A DNA stretch of 64,000 bases from Thalia democratica (GCA_965202585.1 OZ241826.1:41726001-41790000), one strand, 5' to 3'; positions 38,301-51,439 are shown, counted from the first letter of the stretch. Notes: generated by a model from the sequence alone, not told the origin. Program-made: numbers and translations.

Positions 38301-41300
38301 AAAAAGTTATTTCAAGATTTTAAAACTTTCAAAAGTCGAGTTTCTACGCACTCCTCAACTGCAAGGTGTTTTTTTTTGTGCTTTATTTTGAACTTGTTTT
38401 GCAGTTGAAGAGTGCGAAGGCACGAAACTTGAGTTCTGCAAGTTTTTACATCTTGTAATAAACTTAAATATATCAAATATACAACGCTGTAAAAGCTTTC
38501 GAAATAAAAACAAACTATTTGTTTTGTTATATAAGAATGTTTTGTTGTACCTTAAAGACAAGCCTAAACAACGCCACGCTTTTACACTTTCTTAAAAAGT
38601 TTCACCGCAAAGCAAATAAAATATTTTTAGAGAGCACCCTATTCTAGTAGCTATTGTTTCACAAACAAATACTTTGTTTGCATATACTCTGCACGGCATA
38701 AATTCAACAATATTTGGAAGTATTTACAACAAACGTTGAAAACAAAAAGTCTTAGCACAAAAATAAAATCATTAAACATAGTAAAGAATAAACAAAACAA
38801 TGCTTTTTTGAAAACACTTTAATATTGGTCTAAAACATGAAGTTATAATTGTAAATTAGCATAAAAAAACAAGCAGCGTCTCCAAGGACTGTTATAACAG
38901 TAATAAAACGCAATTATAATATAAAACTTTGATTACGCCACTTGGATCATAAGACCACGAATTCTTGTCATCTGACAATTCAAGCGTTATGCTCAAAACT
39001 CTATGTTAATTTCAGCTTGTCTTATAGCACATGAAAGTCTATACTTTGGCTTTGATCACTTTCACCGATATTTTTTTTGACAATATAACATATTACCACT
39101 ATTTAGTATTACCGAGGCTCGAATGCTTAGTATCTAAAATACACTTTTAACAATATTTAGTATTATGTAAACTTAGTTTTATTAGCTTTTTAAATTGTAA
39201 AACCAAACACTGTAGAACATTCGATTCAAACGGTGACGGTTCGCTTGACTTCAGTGAGTTCATGTTCGCCCTGTCAATTACGTCACGTGGTACATTTGAA
39301 AGGAGGTTGAGGTGGGCCTACTCCATGTACGATCTCGACCATGACGGGTTCATATCGAAACACGAAATGCTCACCATGGTCAAGGTTGGTTTTGTGTGTT
39401 TACAAAGTTGTACAATAAAAACGGTATACTATCAAAATCCACCCGCGTTCAAAATCCACCCGATCAAAATCTACCCGCGTTTAAAATCCACCCAATTTTT
39501 TTTTATTTGTTAACTTATTTCATATATACTTTATATATATATTTTTTAATTTTTTAATATCACTGTTACCCCTAACCCTTACCCTTCATCGGTAAGCGGT
39601 TCTCGAATTTAACTGTGTGGATTTTGAACGCGGATGAATTTTGATCGCGGGTGGATTTTGATCGCGGGTGAATTTTGAAGGTTTTGAAAACAGAGCCTTT
39701 TTTTTCATTTAATGTTACTTTGCTTGTATAAACTCTGTTCATAAATAACTTTTTTCCACAAAGGTACGATTTCTATGACCAAAAGTAGTTTTTTTTACAA
39801 ATGTTCAAATAAACCATCAAAAAAAAAAAGAATTCTATTAATTTAAAATGTTTTTATCTTTTATGAGTTTTTGTAGTTTTTTCTATTGCTTTACAAAAAA
39901 ATATAGTAGTTTCCAAACATTTTTATGTTGTCTCAAGAGAAGTTTTGTAAATACTCTATTATATTATGTTTACTCAAATATTTAAACTCTAAATAGAAAC
40001 ATAACATACACTTATTTTTAAACATGTTAATAGTTGTAGAGAAAATTTAAATAAGTTGATGTAGATTATTTTAAAACAAACTTGAAGCTTAATGTAGTTT
40101 TTATGTACAATTTTGTTTACTGTTTTTTCAATCAGATTTTATCCTAGCTTGATCTTTACGCTTATAAATGATTAATTAGTTAGCTTGTTTACAAAACACT
40201 CGCGTAAATTCAATTAATTAAAAGTAACGTTTTTACGAAGACTACCTTTTGTATTTTCTGTATTCATTATAAAAATGAAAACATACAGTAGCAGTATACT
40301 AGGATGCTAAATAGTTTAAATTCCTGTTTTTAAATTAAAAAATATCTAAATAGTGTCGTCTGAACGAAAATATGTTTATTTTGTAAAAAATAAAACCAAC
40401 TTACTTAAGAGCGAAAGTTCAAACGGAAGCATTCTGAAAATCTCAGCAAAAAGCTAATTTAATTTAACAGATGCTTTCCTTTTCAAAAAACGAATCAGTT
40501 TGAACCTAACGCTTTCATTCAGAGTAGAAAAAATTTAATATAAACCCGCACACACTCGAACGCATGCAAATTTAATTTCATAAATTTGATTCAATAAGTT
40601 TATTTCGCCTTCTATAGGAGCGCGATATATAAAAAGATTTAATCGATTCACGACTTCAACTTGACTAACGCTGTTTAAATGTATTACTAGCACACTGTTT
40701 TTTTAATAAAACTATTAAATGCATATATCTTTGCAAAGTTTACCAGGCCAAAAGATCCTGTTTTATGACGTAACACATGTTTGATAAAGACAATTAAAAC
40801 TTATGCAAGCTGTTGATATTTTTTTGTGAATCACAAAAGAGCGAGGCTTGGCATTGCAGTTCTAAAAATAAACGCTGAATCGAAGTATTTACGTAACTGT
40901 TCGATTTTTAAAAGAGGTGTGGATTGAATAAAGCAATTAAATCAATGAAATTTCTCGCACTTAAAATGTTTGTTTAAGTTTACTTTATTTTCCTTATCGA
41001 GGATTATAAAGCATAACACTAAAGTGAGCAGTATTAATTTTAAAGATAATTGTTTTAGTTGGAATTATTTTCTTGTCAAATTGTTCGCTAGCTAATTTGA
41101 TAAAAGAAAGTAGATTGCATACAAACTTAATTAAAACATAACAGTATATTCCAGTTGTAGACCGTTTAGAAAATTTTTGCTACACCAGACCAAATTTTTA
41201 CCTTAAAACTATAGTTTCAAACAACTTTAAAAATATTTAGTACAAAAGTTGAAAGTTGAGTTTCGGGTCAAACAAGGTTGACCGACTATTTTTTGACTGG

Positions 41301-43737
41301 CACGGTTACAACTTTGACTTCATGAAAGGTTAGTGCTGGTGAAAGTCAAATGTGGTTACAACGTGTTGCAGTAAACTTTTCTACACAAATATTTTTTTTT
41401 AATTTAGTAAAAAATTCTGCATGAAGTTTTGACTTTAAAATGTGATACTGCGTTGTTAATACACTTTTACCGAATTGAATAATTTTAAGTTTTGGTTTTA
41501 ATTTATTTAAAAAAAAAAAGATTTAAAAAAATATTCATTTTCAAAATCAAACGATATATCTGTTGACGTAAATGATAAGGAAATTTTTACTAGCATATGA
41601 TTTTATTACGCATCAGTTTAATTTTAAAATAAATCATTAAGAGATATTTTTTGTTAATGCGTAGTTTTTGAACACATGCTAAAAAAGTAAATTCATTTAA
41701 TTGCAAACGTTTTCCAAATAATAAGTTTTTTAAGATAGGTTTATTTCTTGAAAAGATAAGTTATATGCAAAAATAATAACGAATATTGTAGTAACAGTAT
41801 TGACAGTAGTAACTACATATTTAAGTATATATTTAAAAGTATTAGTTTTAAATTTATAAAATAGCAAAAGACTCGTTAAAACATAAAACTTGTTTAAAGA
41901 AAATAATCAATACAAAATTAAACTAAAAAACGTGATTCTTTTCACGTAATTAAATTATTTTCTTTGTGTTTATCCTGGCTGTAAACAAAAAAAAAAGATT
42001 AAAACCTGTTTTTTTTTTATATTTTAATGTTTGCTACAACTATATAGTCAATTTAAATTTTTAACTTTTAATCTATCTAGTTATAGACTTTTATTAGCAT
42101 TGAGCTAAATTAAAGCACCAGATATTCCTAAAAATATTTATTTGGTTAAACTGTAGTTGTATTTACTTAAAAAATTGAATGTGTTAAAATACTTTATTGA
42201 TTGTAGTTATGAAGAAGGTTATTATTATAAGTAAATATCTTGGCTTTAATATTAAGCTTAATTACAATTTATATAAAAAAAAACCAACATCTTATATTAT
42301 TAACTCTTAAAGTTGAGTGTTTGTTAACAAGTTTATTCCTTTTTTTTAAACTATTAGTTTAGTTTAGAGCATGCAAGATCACACGTTTAAGTTAATTATA
42401 TCTTACACTCGATGATGTGTCATTAATTTTTTTTGTAACTGTTTATTTTTCCTTTTTTTCAAACCTATTAAACAAACAAGTTTACAAATTCTAACTTTAT
42501 TTGTTAAACTTTATAATTTAAATGCTAAATTATTAATGCTATAAATGCTAAATAAGTTTAAATTCAGGATTAAAAGACAGCTTAGATATTTAAAATCTAA
42601 GACTAATAAGTTAGTTTGTTTAAATTCAATTATTAGCAAACATAAAAAAGCAAAAACTTTTAAACTGTTTTATTTCTAAAAATTCAATTACGATAAAAAA
42701 GAAACGTTTTTAAAATAAAAAACAAATTATTGCACCTACAACAATTTTCCCCTTGATAGGTTTTAGTGGAAATTTTAATAGTTTACGTATTTAAAACATT
42801 TGAATGTTTGTTTTCAATAAGTAATATGTGAACAAAATAGTATGTAAACTAATTAATTTGTTTGCACATATGTTGTTATCAATACATTACGCTTTTAACC
42901 AACCATCTCAAAACAAGAACATATGTTTGGAATATATAGCATGAAGCAAAAATAGGCCAACAGTGTCATGTATTTTATAGCAAAAAAAAAAACTACGTCT
43001 AGTTATTCATAAGACAAAAGTTACTAATGAACATGTAAAAACTTATCGACATAAGGTTACAACAACGTATATTCAATTATTTTTATTGTTTAGCTTATTG
43101 TTAGTCAATTACTATAGACATAGTTGAATGAAAAAAAGTTCATATTTTTTTCTTCTCAACTGATGTAAAAATGTTATTGATACTTCACAGTACAGTTAGT
43201 TTCGGTCTTTTAAAAATTTTGAGTCAAATTCAAGTATTCTTATTTTAATTTAAAAAATGTTAAACAATTTTAACATGAATTAGGTTTTACTGAATTTATG
43301 TTATAAAGTTTTCTAAAGCTTTTGAATTTTTTTTCTACTTGAAAAGTTTATAGCTATTACTTGGAAACAAACTTGTTTATAAATTTTGAATCAAAAAAAA
43401 TCTTATAAGGCAATGTTAAATATGGTCGGCAAGGTAGTGTAACTAAATTACTTCTCGTTCCAAGAAGCAAAACACAAATTTAAACTATTAAAATTCAAGT
43501 GTTAAACTCAAAAACAATTAAAATTGTATATTGCAGGCAATATACAAAATGGTGGGCCAGGATGAGATCCACAAATCGATGGGAGCGGATCTGACTCCGC
43601 ACGAGAGGGTGGAGGACATATTCACGCGGATGGACAAGGACAAGAACTGCAAGATTACTTTTGACGAGTTCAGGCAGGCGGTCAACAGGGACCCTTCGTT
43701 GTTGATGCTCATGCGTCACTCGTCCACTACTTCGTAG
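35355..43737 (+). CDS. Neuronal calcium sensor, neurocalcin/hippocalcin-like, 192 aa
   Basis: Exons 35355-35563, 39216-39384, 43537-43737 (579 nt, GT-AG, phases 2 and 0). N-myristoylation motif [18 protein letters not shown] (non-binding EF1), EF2 [14 protein letters not shown]3 [14 protein letters not shown]4 [12 protein letters not shown], 'LRWAYSMYD' and 'AIYKMV' family signatures. Confidence 0.96.
37110..37800 (+). mobile_element. Truncated Penelope-like element: inverted pLTRs flanking a GIY-YIG C-terminal fragment
   Basis: 37290-37510 is homologous to 50900-51120 (KFGC..CNLEK...TLNKKSER). 37120-37250 and 37660-37795 are inverted repeats, each containing a degenerate hammerhead. Lies in NCS intron 1. 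Confidence 0.75.
39422..39682. mobile_element. MITE with aaaatccacccg subterminal tandem repeats
   Basis: Four left units (caaaatccacccg) and four inverted right units (cgggtggattttg), internal taaccc motif. Lies just after the exon 2 donor. Confidence 0.75.
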
Positions 43738-46700
43738 TGCTTGTGATGACGTCACAATACAAGATTTGGTACATCGAATTAAGAGTTGAAAATTACGTTG
43801 CTTCGGCTTCTTTATTTTTCCCGTTTATAAAATTTTGTAAAGTACAACCTAAAGTTTAGTAATTGTAAACAAATTTTTTTATTACATTTTGAAAACAAAT
43901 TATAACATTGAACGTTAAACCTAACTAATGCATATGCTCCGCGTCTCTAGTACGTCATAAATACTTTTAATTTTATCGTTCTTTTTGATACGAATCGGTA
44001 GCTGTAGAGGCAAGTGGCACTAAGTTTAGTAGCAGTTTAATAGTAGTTTAATATTTTTAAATATTACTGAATAATTAAAATATTTTTTATCAAATTTTAA
44101 AATGAAAGTTAATATTTTACTAAACTACACCTTTTATCTGGAAATTTAATTTATACGGCTACCCCAAATTAGCTCCTAGTGTTTATTTACTGTAAATAAC
44201 ACTGATGATAGCTTTTTGCTTGTTTGTTTTTGAATATGAAACGGTTTTTTACAAATTAACCTCAAACTTAATCGTGGTTATTTTTAAACTAAAAAACTGT
44301 TGTATAGATTTTAATACAATATTTCAAACTTCGTTCTACTGAACTCGTTATAGTTTATAGTATGTTTAAGTTCATTCACCTGTAACTTGTATGTTTTAAT
44401 TAAACGAGTTTTAAGTAATTTACAAAGAAGTGTACTGTTGTTTTTCAATAAGTTTGCTTTGTTCTTGATTAGTCTTAAACTTGTTTTGTTAGTTTATTTT
44501 TATATTAAAAATATTTTGTTTATAGATTCTAAAGTTCATTTAAAGTCTTTTTTTACGATGGATAACACAAAACGGATTATTTTAGCTGCCACTTTAATGT
44601 TAAATTACAATATCTTTTAATATTCAAAACAAATTTTTAGAAAAAAATATTGCTTTGAATCAAAACTAGAAACTTAAGTTTGTGATAAAATTTATCAAAA
44701 TATTTTTTTTATTAAGCTGTTATGTCTGAAAACAATTTTTATTTACTTAAATCGTTTATAAATAACCCAAACGGTTGTTTTTATAGTCCTTAAAACTTGT
44801 TTTTAAAATGTTAACTCTTTTTTTTTAATTTCCATACCTTTTAGAAAGAATACATTAATGACTAAGTAGTGGTAACTAGATATTAGCTTTATTTTAAATA
44901 AGACTAAGTGATAATTGATATGTTTACTTTTAGTTTTTGGTATTTGTTATTGTTTTACGTTCAAAGTTTTCTTACCGTTGATTTTAGCTTTAAGTTTACT
45001 GAACTATTTTTTTTTACAATTTTTTATTTATCATATATTACAGAGCATATGCTATGTATTTTCATTAAAGTTACTTACATCTGATAATTTTGTTGTAATA
45101 TCTACTTGCGTTTTATTTTCAAACTGTTTATGGAGTGAAGCTTTAAATTGAAATAAATTCTTAAAAATATTAGACGAAAATATTGCATTTTAAAATTTTC
45201 ATAACATTAATGTCCGACTTACAAGCTAAAAAATTTATATAACAAAAGTATTCATAAAAATTTGAGTAATTATTTTAATGAAACGAAAATGTTTTTATGT
45301 TTTTTATTGCTGCGATAAATCACAAATGTTTCAAAAATTTTAAATATATTCTGCATAAAATAAAAGCAATGTGTACAAAGTTATTAGCTTAACAAAAATA
45401 ATATTTGTACAAAATAGAACTTTTTTAATAATTCCCGTTTACTCCCAAATTTTTTTTAATACTTCCTGTTATTCTGTACCTAAGAAGTAAACAAAAACTT
45501 AAATCAGAACAAAAACATCACTTCAAAAAATAATCTTTTTTGACAGTAAGCTTCAAAAATAAGTTTTATTAAAGTCAGCTTCGAAAGCAGCTTAAATTAT
45601 ATTTTTTCGAAAGTGAAACTAAAGTTTTTAAATGGGCTGTCAACTATTTCCCGTATAAAGCAAAGAGCTATATAGTTTTGATTTATATTTTAGATTCTTT
45701 AAATAACTTCAAAGTTTTCTGCTGCCTAGCACTGCATTACTGTTTCAATTCAAATGAAGGTTTAAATAAGTCTTTTTTTTTTAAGTAGCCTTTATTTTGT
45801 TATTAAAGTGTTTTTAAATAGATAAACAACCAAGTATCAGTATACTATTAATAAAACGTTTTAGTTTTAAAAACATATAAAACTAATATATATACTTATA
45901 GGAGTATATTTCTATGTTTTCTTTACGCTTGCTCACCAGCACGAAATATTATATAACTCTTGTTTGTAGAAAACAGCTTTTTTCTATCAAGTTTGTTTAA
46001 AACAGCATAATATAGCTTTTGAGCATTTTTTCTGTTTTGTTTTCCTTGACTTTATTTACATCTCAAACTAATACAACTTAAAATAGTATAGCTTGAGTAA
46101 TAACCTTGTTTTATATGTGTATATATGTGATTTGCATGCTAATATTATGAATAAGATGTTTATGTTTAGTAATTGAGTTTATTTAAACTGTTTAGTTAAA
46201 TTTTTATAACAATTCTAAAAAGCATAACACTAAACAACTATCAAGAGGGTTGGAAACGTACTGCACGCAAAAAGAAACGTCCTGTCCGCTACGTACTGTA
46301 CAATACGCTTGAAGGTTGAGTCAAACAAAACTAATCTTTTTTCGACAATTTTTTTATAAAGGACTCTTAAATTTCTTTGTAGTACACAATAGTTCTTAAA
46401 AAATGATCATTTTGTTGTAATTTTGCTAATAAAGAGTTTTATCAATTGTTACAATATGTTTTTCAAATTTATGCAGACTTAATTAATGCGTTTTTAATAA
46501 GTTCGTCCCGCAAACCCTAAGTAATTTTTAAGCTTCTAGTAACGTATTAAAGTATAACTGTACATAAATAACACTGAGTAAAATTAAAAAAAAAAAGTAT
46601 TAACGACACAAAAATTATCAATACCTCGCATATTACCTATTAAAAAAAATAATAAAACTAATACAGTTTTATAAAACTTATTTTACAACAATAACTATTT

Positions 46701-47143
46701 ATTTTATTTTTAAGTACAACTTTCAAACTACTACATGCACCTCTATTATGTTTATTTATTAGTTAGTTTATTAAAAATAAGCTAGTGAAAATAATAAAGA
46801 TAGCACAAGAAAATACGGAAAAAATGTGATCAAATGGTTATTAAATTGGTTTGCAGTTATACAATTAGTTAAATAATCATTATAACTACGAGCCAATGAG
46901 ATAAACAACGGAATATAATTGATACTATACAGCATGTAGAAATTTTTCTACATTGATCTTTAGCTGTAAAAACAATTACCAGTTTTAGTCAACAATTAGT
47001 CTGATATTTAGCTTTTATTTTGTTACTTGCTAAAACCGTTTTAAAAACAACAAATTAAGTTATATCCAACAGTTTATAACACTGATTTTCTTGTAATTAA
47101 AATAAAATTCTCCCACATGTGTATTATGACGTCATCACAAGCA

Positions 47144-47344
47144 TTACGAAGTAGTGGACGGTTGACGTATGAGCATCAACAACGAAGGGTCCCTGTTGAC
47201 CGCCTGTCTGAACTCGTCAAAAGTAATCTTGCAATTCTTGTCCTTGTCCATCCGCGTGAATATGTCCTCCACTCTCTCGTGCGGAGTCAGATCCGCTCCC
47301 ATCGATTTGTGGATCTCATCCTGGCCCACCATCTTGTATATTGC
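47144..47344 (-). CDS. Inverted paralogous NCS exon 3 (EF4-containing); open frame, coding status unproven
   Basis: 43531-43760 and the reverse complement of 47121-47350 differ at 9 of 230 nt. Acceptor ttgcag intact, no stops, TAG changed to TAA. In-frame ATG at 47332 in aagATGg context. Confidence 0.6.
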   Translation of the reverse strand, partial: AIYKMVGQDEIHKSMGADLTPHERVEDIFTRMDKDKNCKITFDEFRQAVNRDPSLLMLIRQPSTTS

Positions 47345-48226
47345 CTGCAATGTTTGCTTTGTTCCTAATATAAAATTTCTGACTTAACTACAATGGTTTG
47401 AAATTGTACCATCTTGTGGTACAACTTAATTTATTGCCTTTAATGTGGATGGTTTGATTAAATTAATACATAAAGTCAACCATTATTTTTTATCTAAAAA
47501 ATTGGTTTTATACTTTAAAAACTTTAAAATTAAAACTCCAATAAAACTGAAGTTGTAGAAAATGTTGACAGCATGAATTTTTAAGAGAACTATTGGCTTT
47601 ATAACTAAAATGGTTACTACATGTTTTCCACCGAAATATTATAATGTGTTACTTAAAACTAACTAAATTGCACAATAGTTAAATATAACTGCACTTTCAA
47701 GCTAGCAAATAAAGTAAGTTTTGAAGTGTGTAAAAGTATTTATATCTACATTGACAGTGATAAATTTTACATAGTTTTTATAACAATTTACAAAAAAACA
47801 TTGTAAAATCTTTTTAATCTTTAGGATAAATTATTCCAACTTTGTATAAGAGTTTTTTTTTACAAATGTTTTATGCTAAATTGGTGTACTTCTGCTGTAT
47901 CACCTGAATCCCAAACAAAAGTTTATTTTTGACACAAATTTCGATTAAAAGCTTGATATAATTGCTAAAATATATATGTGCAAATACATAATTAATTTCA
48001 AATTTATTTTATTCAGATACTACTTAAAAAAAATAGTTATGAAAAACATAAGTTATATCCTAAAAAGCGTATTTAGATTTTATTCAATTCTTTATAGCAA
48101 CAGTGTGGTTTTTGTTTAATACAAAAAACAGGTAGTTAGTTTTCACTTTATTTTTGAAAAAGATAATTTTAAAATATTCGCCTTTAGGTTTTACATATAA
48201 AATTAAATATGAATTAAATCTAAGCC

Positions 48227-48480
48227 AAAGCTGGGCAAACTGTGGCCCGCCGGCCGAATGATGAACTGAATTTCAAGTTGGAAACATACCTCTAAAAACA
48301 ATAAAAACTAGTTCTTTTCATAGTTAAAATTTACAGCTAAGTTTTTGACATAATCAGTAATTGTTAGTGCTTAATCACTGCTTATTTTATCAAAGTTTTG
48401 ATTCAAAACAATAACTATTTTAAATTACGACGGCCCGCGTAATCTTTTTTCTATGGAGTACGGCCCTCAAGCAACTACTT
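48227..48480. mobile_element. hAT-like MITE remnant
   Basis: caaagctgggcaaactgtggcccgccggccgaat resembles a Charlie-type left end; cggcccgcg and cggccctc right-end motifs follow. Confidence 0.4.
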
Positions 48481-50098
48481 TTGTATGCGACTTATACAAG
48501 GCTTAGAGTAAATAATATTTAAAGAAAAATAAGTATACGTAAAACGTTTAGGTTTTTATATCAACTATAAGTTAAAAAAAGTTTTTTATTTAGGAATTAA
48601 TAAAAAAATCTACTAAATTTTGTCCATATAAGCACAAAAAGACTTAATCATAAAACTGCTCTAATTTTTCGGAATATTGCTCCAAAATCGGAGGTTTACA
48701 AACAAAAGCATAGTGAAAATAATTTAATTAGAAAAAGGTATCGTGTTTTCTAGCATACTTAATTTTATATTGATTTTTTCTTTTGCAAAAATAAGTTGAA
48801 TTAAGTTTGTTAAAAAGAAAATCTTTTGTTTTCTTTTTTATTTTAAACGATACATTTCAACTATATAGATTAGTATGTAGTTACTACTATGTTAATTAAA
48901 TTATACCGTATGCTACGACTATAAAATAGTAATCGATTACTAATTAGTAAAATTTTTTCTATAAATTTTACTTTTATTCAATTTAGCTTTTATAAAAATA
49001 AGTAAACAACATAAAGTTTATTGTTATTAATTTTCCTGTGAACTTAAATGAGTTTATCTTTTAAGCATGTGTTCAAAACTCACAATCTAAATAAAATTTA
49101 TTTGAAATTAATTTTTTTTTAATTTAAAATGCGTTATAAGTCATGGGTTGTTTTTTTTTAATTTATATCAAAAAGTACAATTCTTGATAGTATCAAGGAA
49201 ATTATACTTGAAAAAAAAAAAAAAAATTGAGTTTTATGAAATCCAAAGTTCTATTTTTATAAATAATTAATCAATTACATTGTTTAAAATTATATTTATT
49301 TCAATAAAAAAAATAACAACTTAAATGCTTCATCAATTCATAATTTAAGATCAGTATTTAGATAAATTTTATTAAAAGTATACCATCAAATTTTTGTGGA
49401 AAAAAAATTGCAACACATTACAAACAAGTTTAGCTTTTACTAGCAGTAACCTTCGATAAAGTTTAAACTGTTTATAATGCGATCCAGCCAAAATATTATT
49501 TGTTAACATTATTTGACCCGAAAGTAAGCTCTCAACTTTTGTTCAAAATATTTTGAAACTTTTACAAAGTTATAACTTTTTTTTTTAATATTGATGTTTT
49601 ATGTTAAAAATTTGTTATTCTTTCATCAAAAAGAAATTAAATTCTTTGTTTTAGTAAGTGGTTATATATGCTTGAAACTTTATTCAATTTTCAGGTTTTT
49701 TAATTTTAAAAGTCAACAATAAAAATAGTTTCATATAAATTAAAATTTTTAAATAACAATTTTTGTCTGGTTGATGCTTTATAACTTTAACAGTGATTAC
49801 AAGGTACAAATGAAATATTAAAAACAAATTAAGCTTTTAAGTGCGAAAATTTTTATTGATTTAATTGCTTTAATCGATTTACATCTTTTGGAAAATCGAA
49901 GAGTTACGTAAAACTTCGATTCAGCGTTTATTTTTAGAACTGCAATGCAAAGCCTTGCTCTTTTGTGTTCTACAAACAAATATCTAAAATTTTGTAAAGT
50001 TTAAATTGTCTTAATCACATCTTTGATACGTCATAAAACAGGATCTTTTAGCCGGTTAAATTTAGTGATTATTTTGTATATGTATATATTGATTCATT

Positions 50099-51439
50099 TA
50101 TCTACTTATATAAAACCAATAGTTTAAACAGCTGTTTCGTACGTGAAATATAAAACTTCATGTACTCCTGAGTAAGCTACAGTTTTTTACAAAAGTAAAC
50201 AGAATTTTAAATTTTGATTTGTTTTATAATAATCATGACGTAGTAATGATACAGTTTATTGTACAGTTAGCTGAATTTTAAAATTACACTGTAGTTGTTA
50301 ATATTTAAAGGGCAAGGTTATTTACGGCAATTGCAAAGTTTATCTTTTATGGTGCTTTTATCGTCTATATTGTTTTTTTTTAATATTTTATTGTTAGGTG
50401 CTATTATTTTGGTTGTGAATTTACTTGTACAACTGTATGATATTTTAATTGTGTTACGGTTGAATATTTTATTGTACGGATGGTTTTCGTCATATGATGT
50501 GGTAATCATATTTAAGAGTTGTTTACCTATTTTAGAACTTACATTTAGACTAAATGGTAGGTTGAACAAATGTCTCTTTTTTTTGTCTTTTATTTCTTTT
50601 TAGTAAAATGGTTGTATCGTATTTTAAGGTTTTATTATACTTGGCTGAATTTAATGCTTTTTGGTATTTTATTACCGTAAAGAACCTTGCCCTTTAAACA
50701 GCCAATGCCTAGTGTCAAATATAATATATAAAGCAACAATAACATCAAATAAAACAACAAAACAATGTTTAGGATCCAAAGGAAATACTTTCAAACAAAG
50801 ATACAGAAACCATAAATCATCATTCAACAATATTAACAAAAGACATACAACAGAACTAGCGAACTACATATGTAGTTTAAAGATAAAAATACAGACTACA
50901 AAATTAAATGGGAAATATTAAACAGAACAAAATCAAAACTTAATACTAAATTCGGCTGCAAACTTTGTAACTTAGAAAAAATAGAAATTTATAAATCAGA
51001 TAAGAACATAACACTAAACAAGAAAAGCGAAAGACAAAACATATGCATTCATTACCAAAAATACTTTTTTAGCAAAATTAAAACTAACTAAATATTAAAA
51101 CGAAATAAAATACAAGCCGCAAAATAATTAACATTTAAAACATTTTTCTAACAGTTTAAAATAATTTTCTAACAGTTTAATACATCTTTCTAAAAATCTA
51201 AAATAACCTTTTCCAAACTCTCCAAAATGCAAAAAATAACATCTACTGCGTACTTTTCAAATTCAGCTAACTGTACAATAAATTGTGTATCATTACTACG
51301 TCATAATTATTATAAAAAAATTCGAAATCTAAATTTTTGGTCACTATTGTAATAAACTGTAGCTTACTCAGGAGTACATGAAGTTTTATATTTCATGAAC
51401 GAAACAGGTTCTAAACTATTGTTTTTATATAACTAGATA
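50099..51439 (+). mobile_element. Penelope-like element with inverted 5' portion and inverted hammerhead-bearing pLTRs
   Basis: Minus 50295-50665: YQKAL...FNLPFSLNVSSKIGK...KIFNRNTIKISYSC...CNCRK (RT thumb and linker). Plus 50666-51070: CRKEPCPLNSQCL...IYKA...LG..GNTFKQRYRNHKSSF...TELANYI...CKLCNLEK (GIY-YIG endonuclease). 50099-50285 and 51250-51439 are inverted repeats. Interrupts sequence that is contiguous in the paralog at about 60260-60300. Confidence 0.9.

Noticed and set aside
38395-38420. Resemblance to miR-22 (CAGUUGAAGA)
   Set aside because: The seed region does not match and the loop is too long for a canonical precursor.
43495-47387. ORFs 43495-43755, 43518-43712, 47117-47368 and 47169-47387 as separate genes
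   Set aside because: Alternative frames of the two exon 3 copies; their similarity just reflects the inverted repeat.
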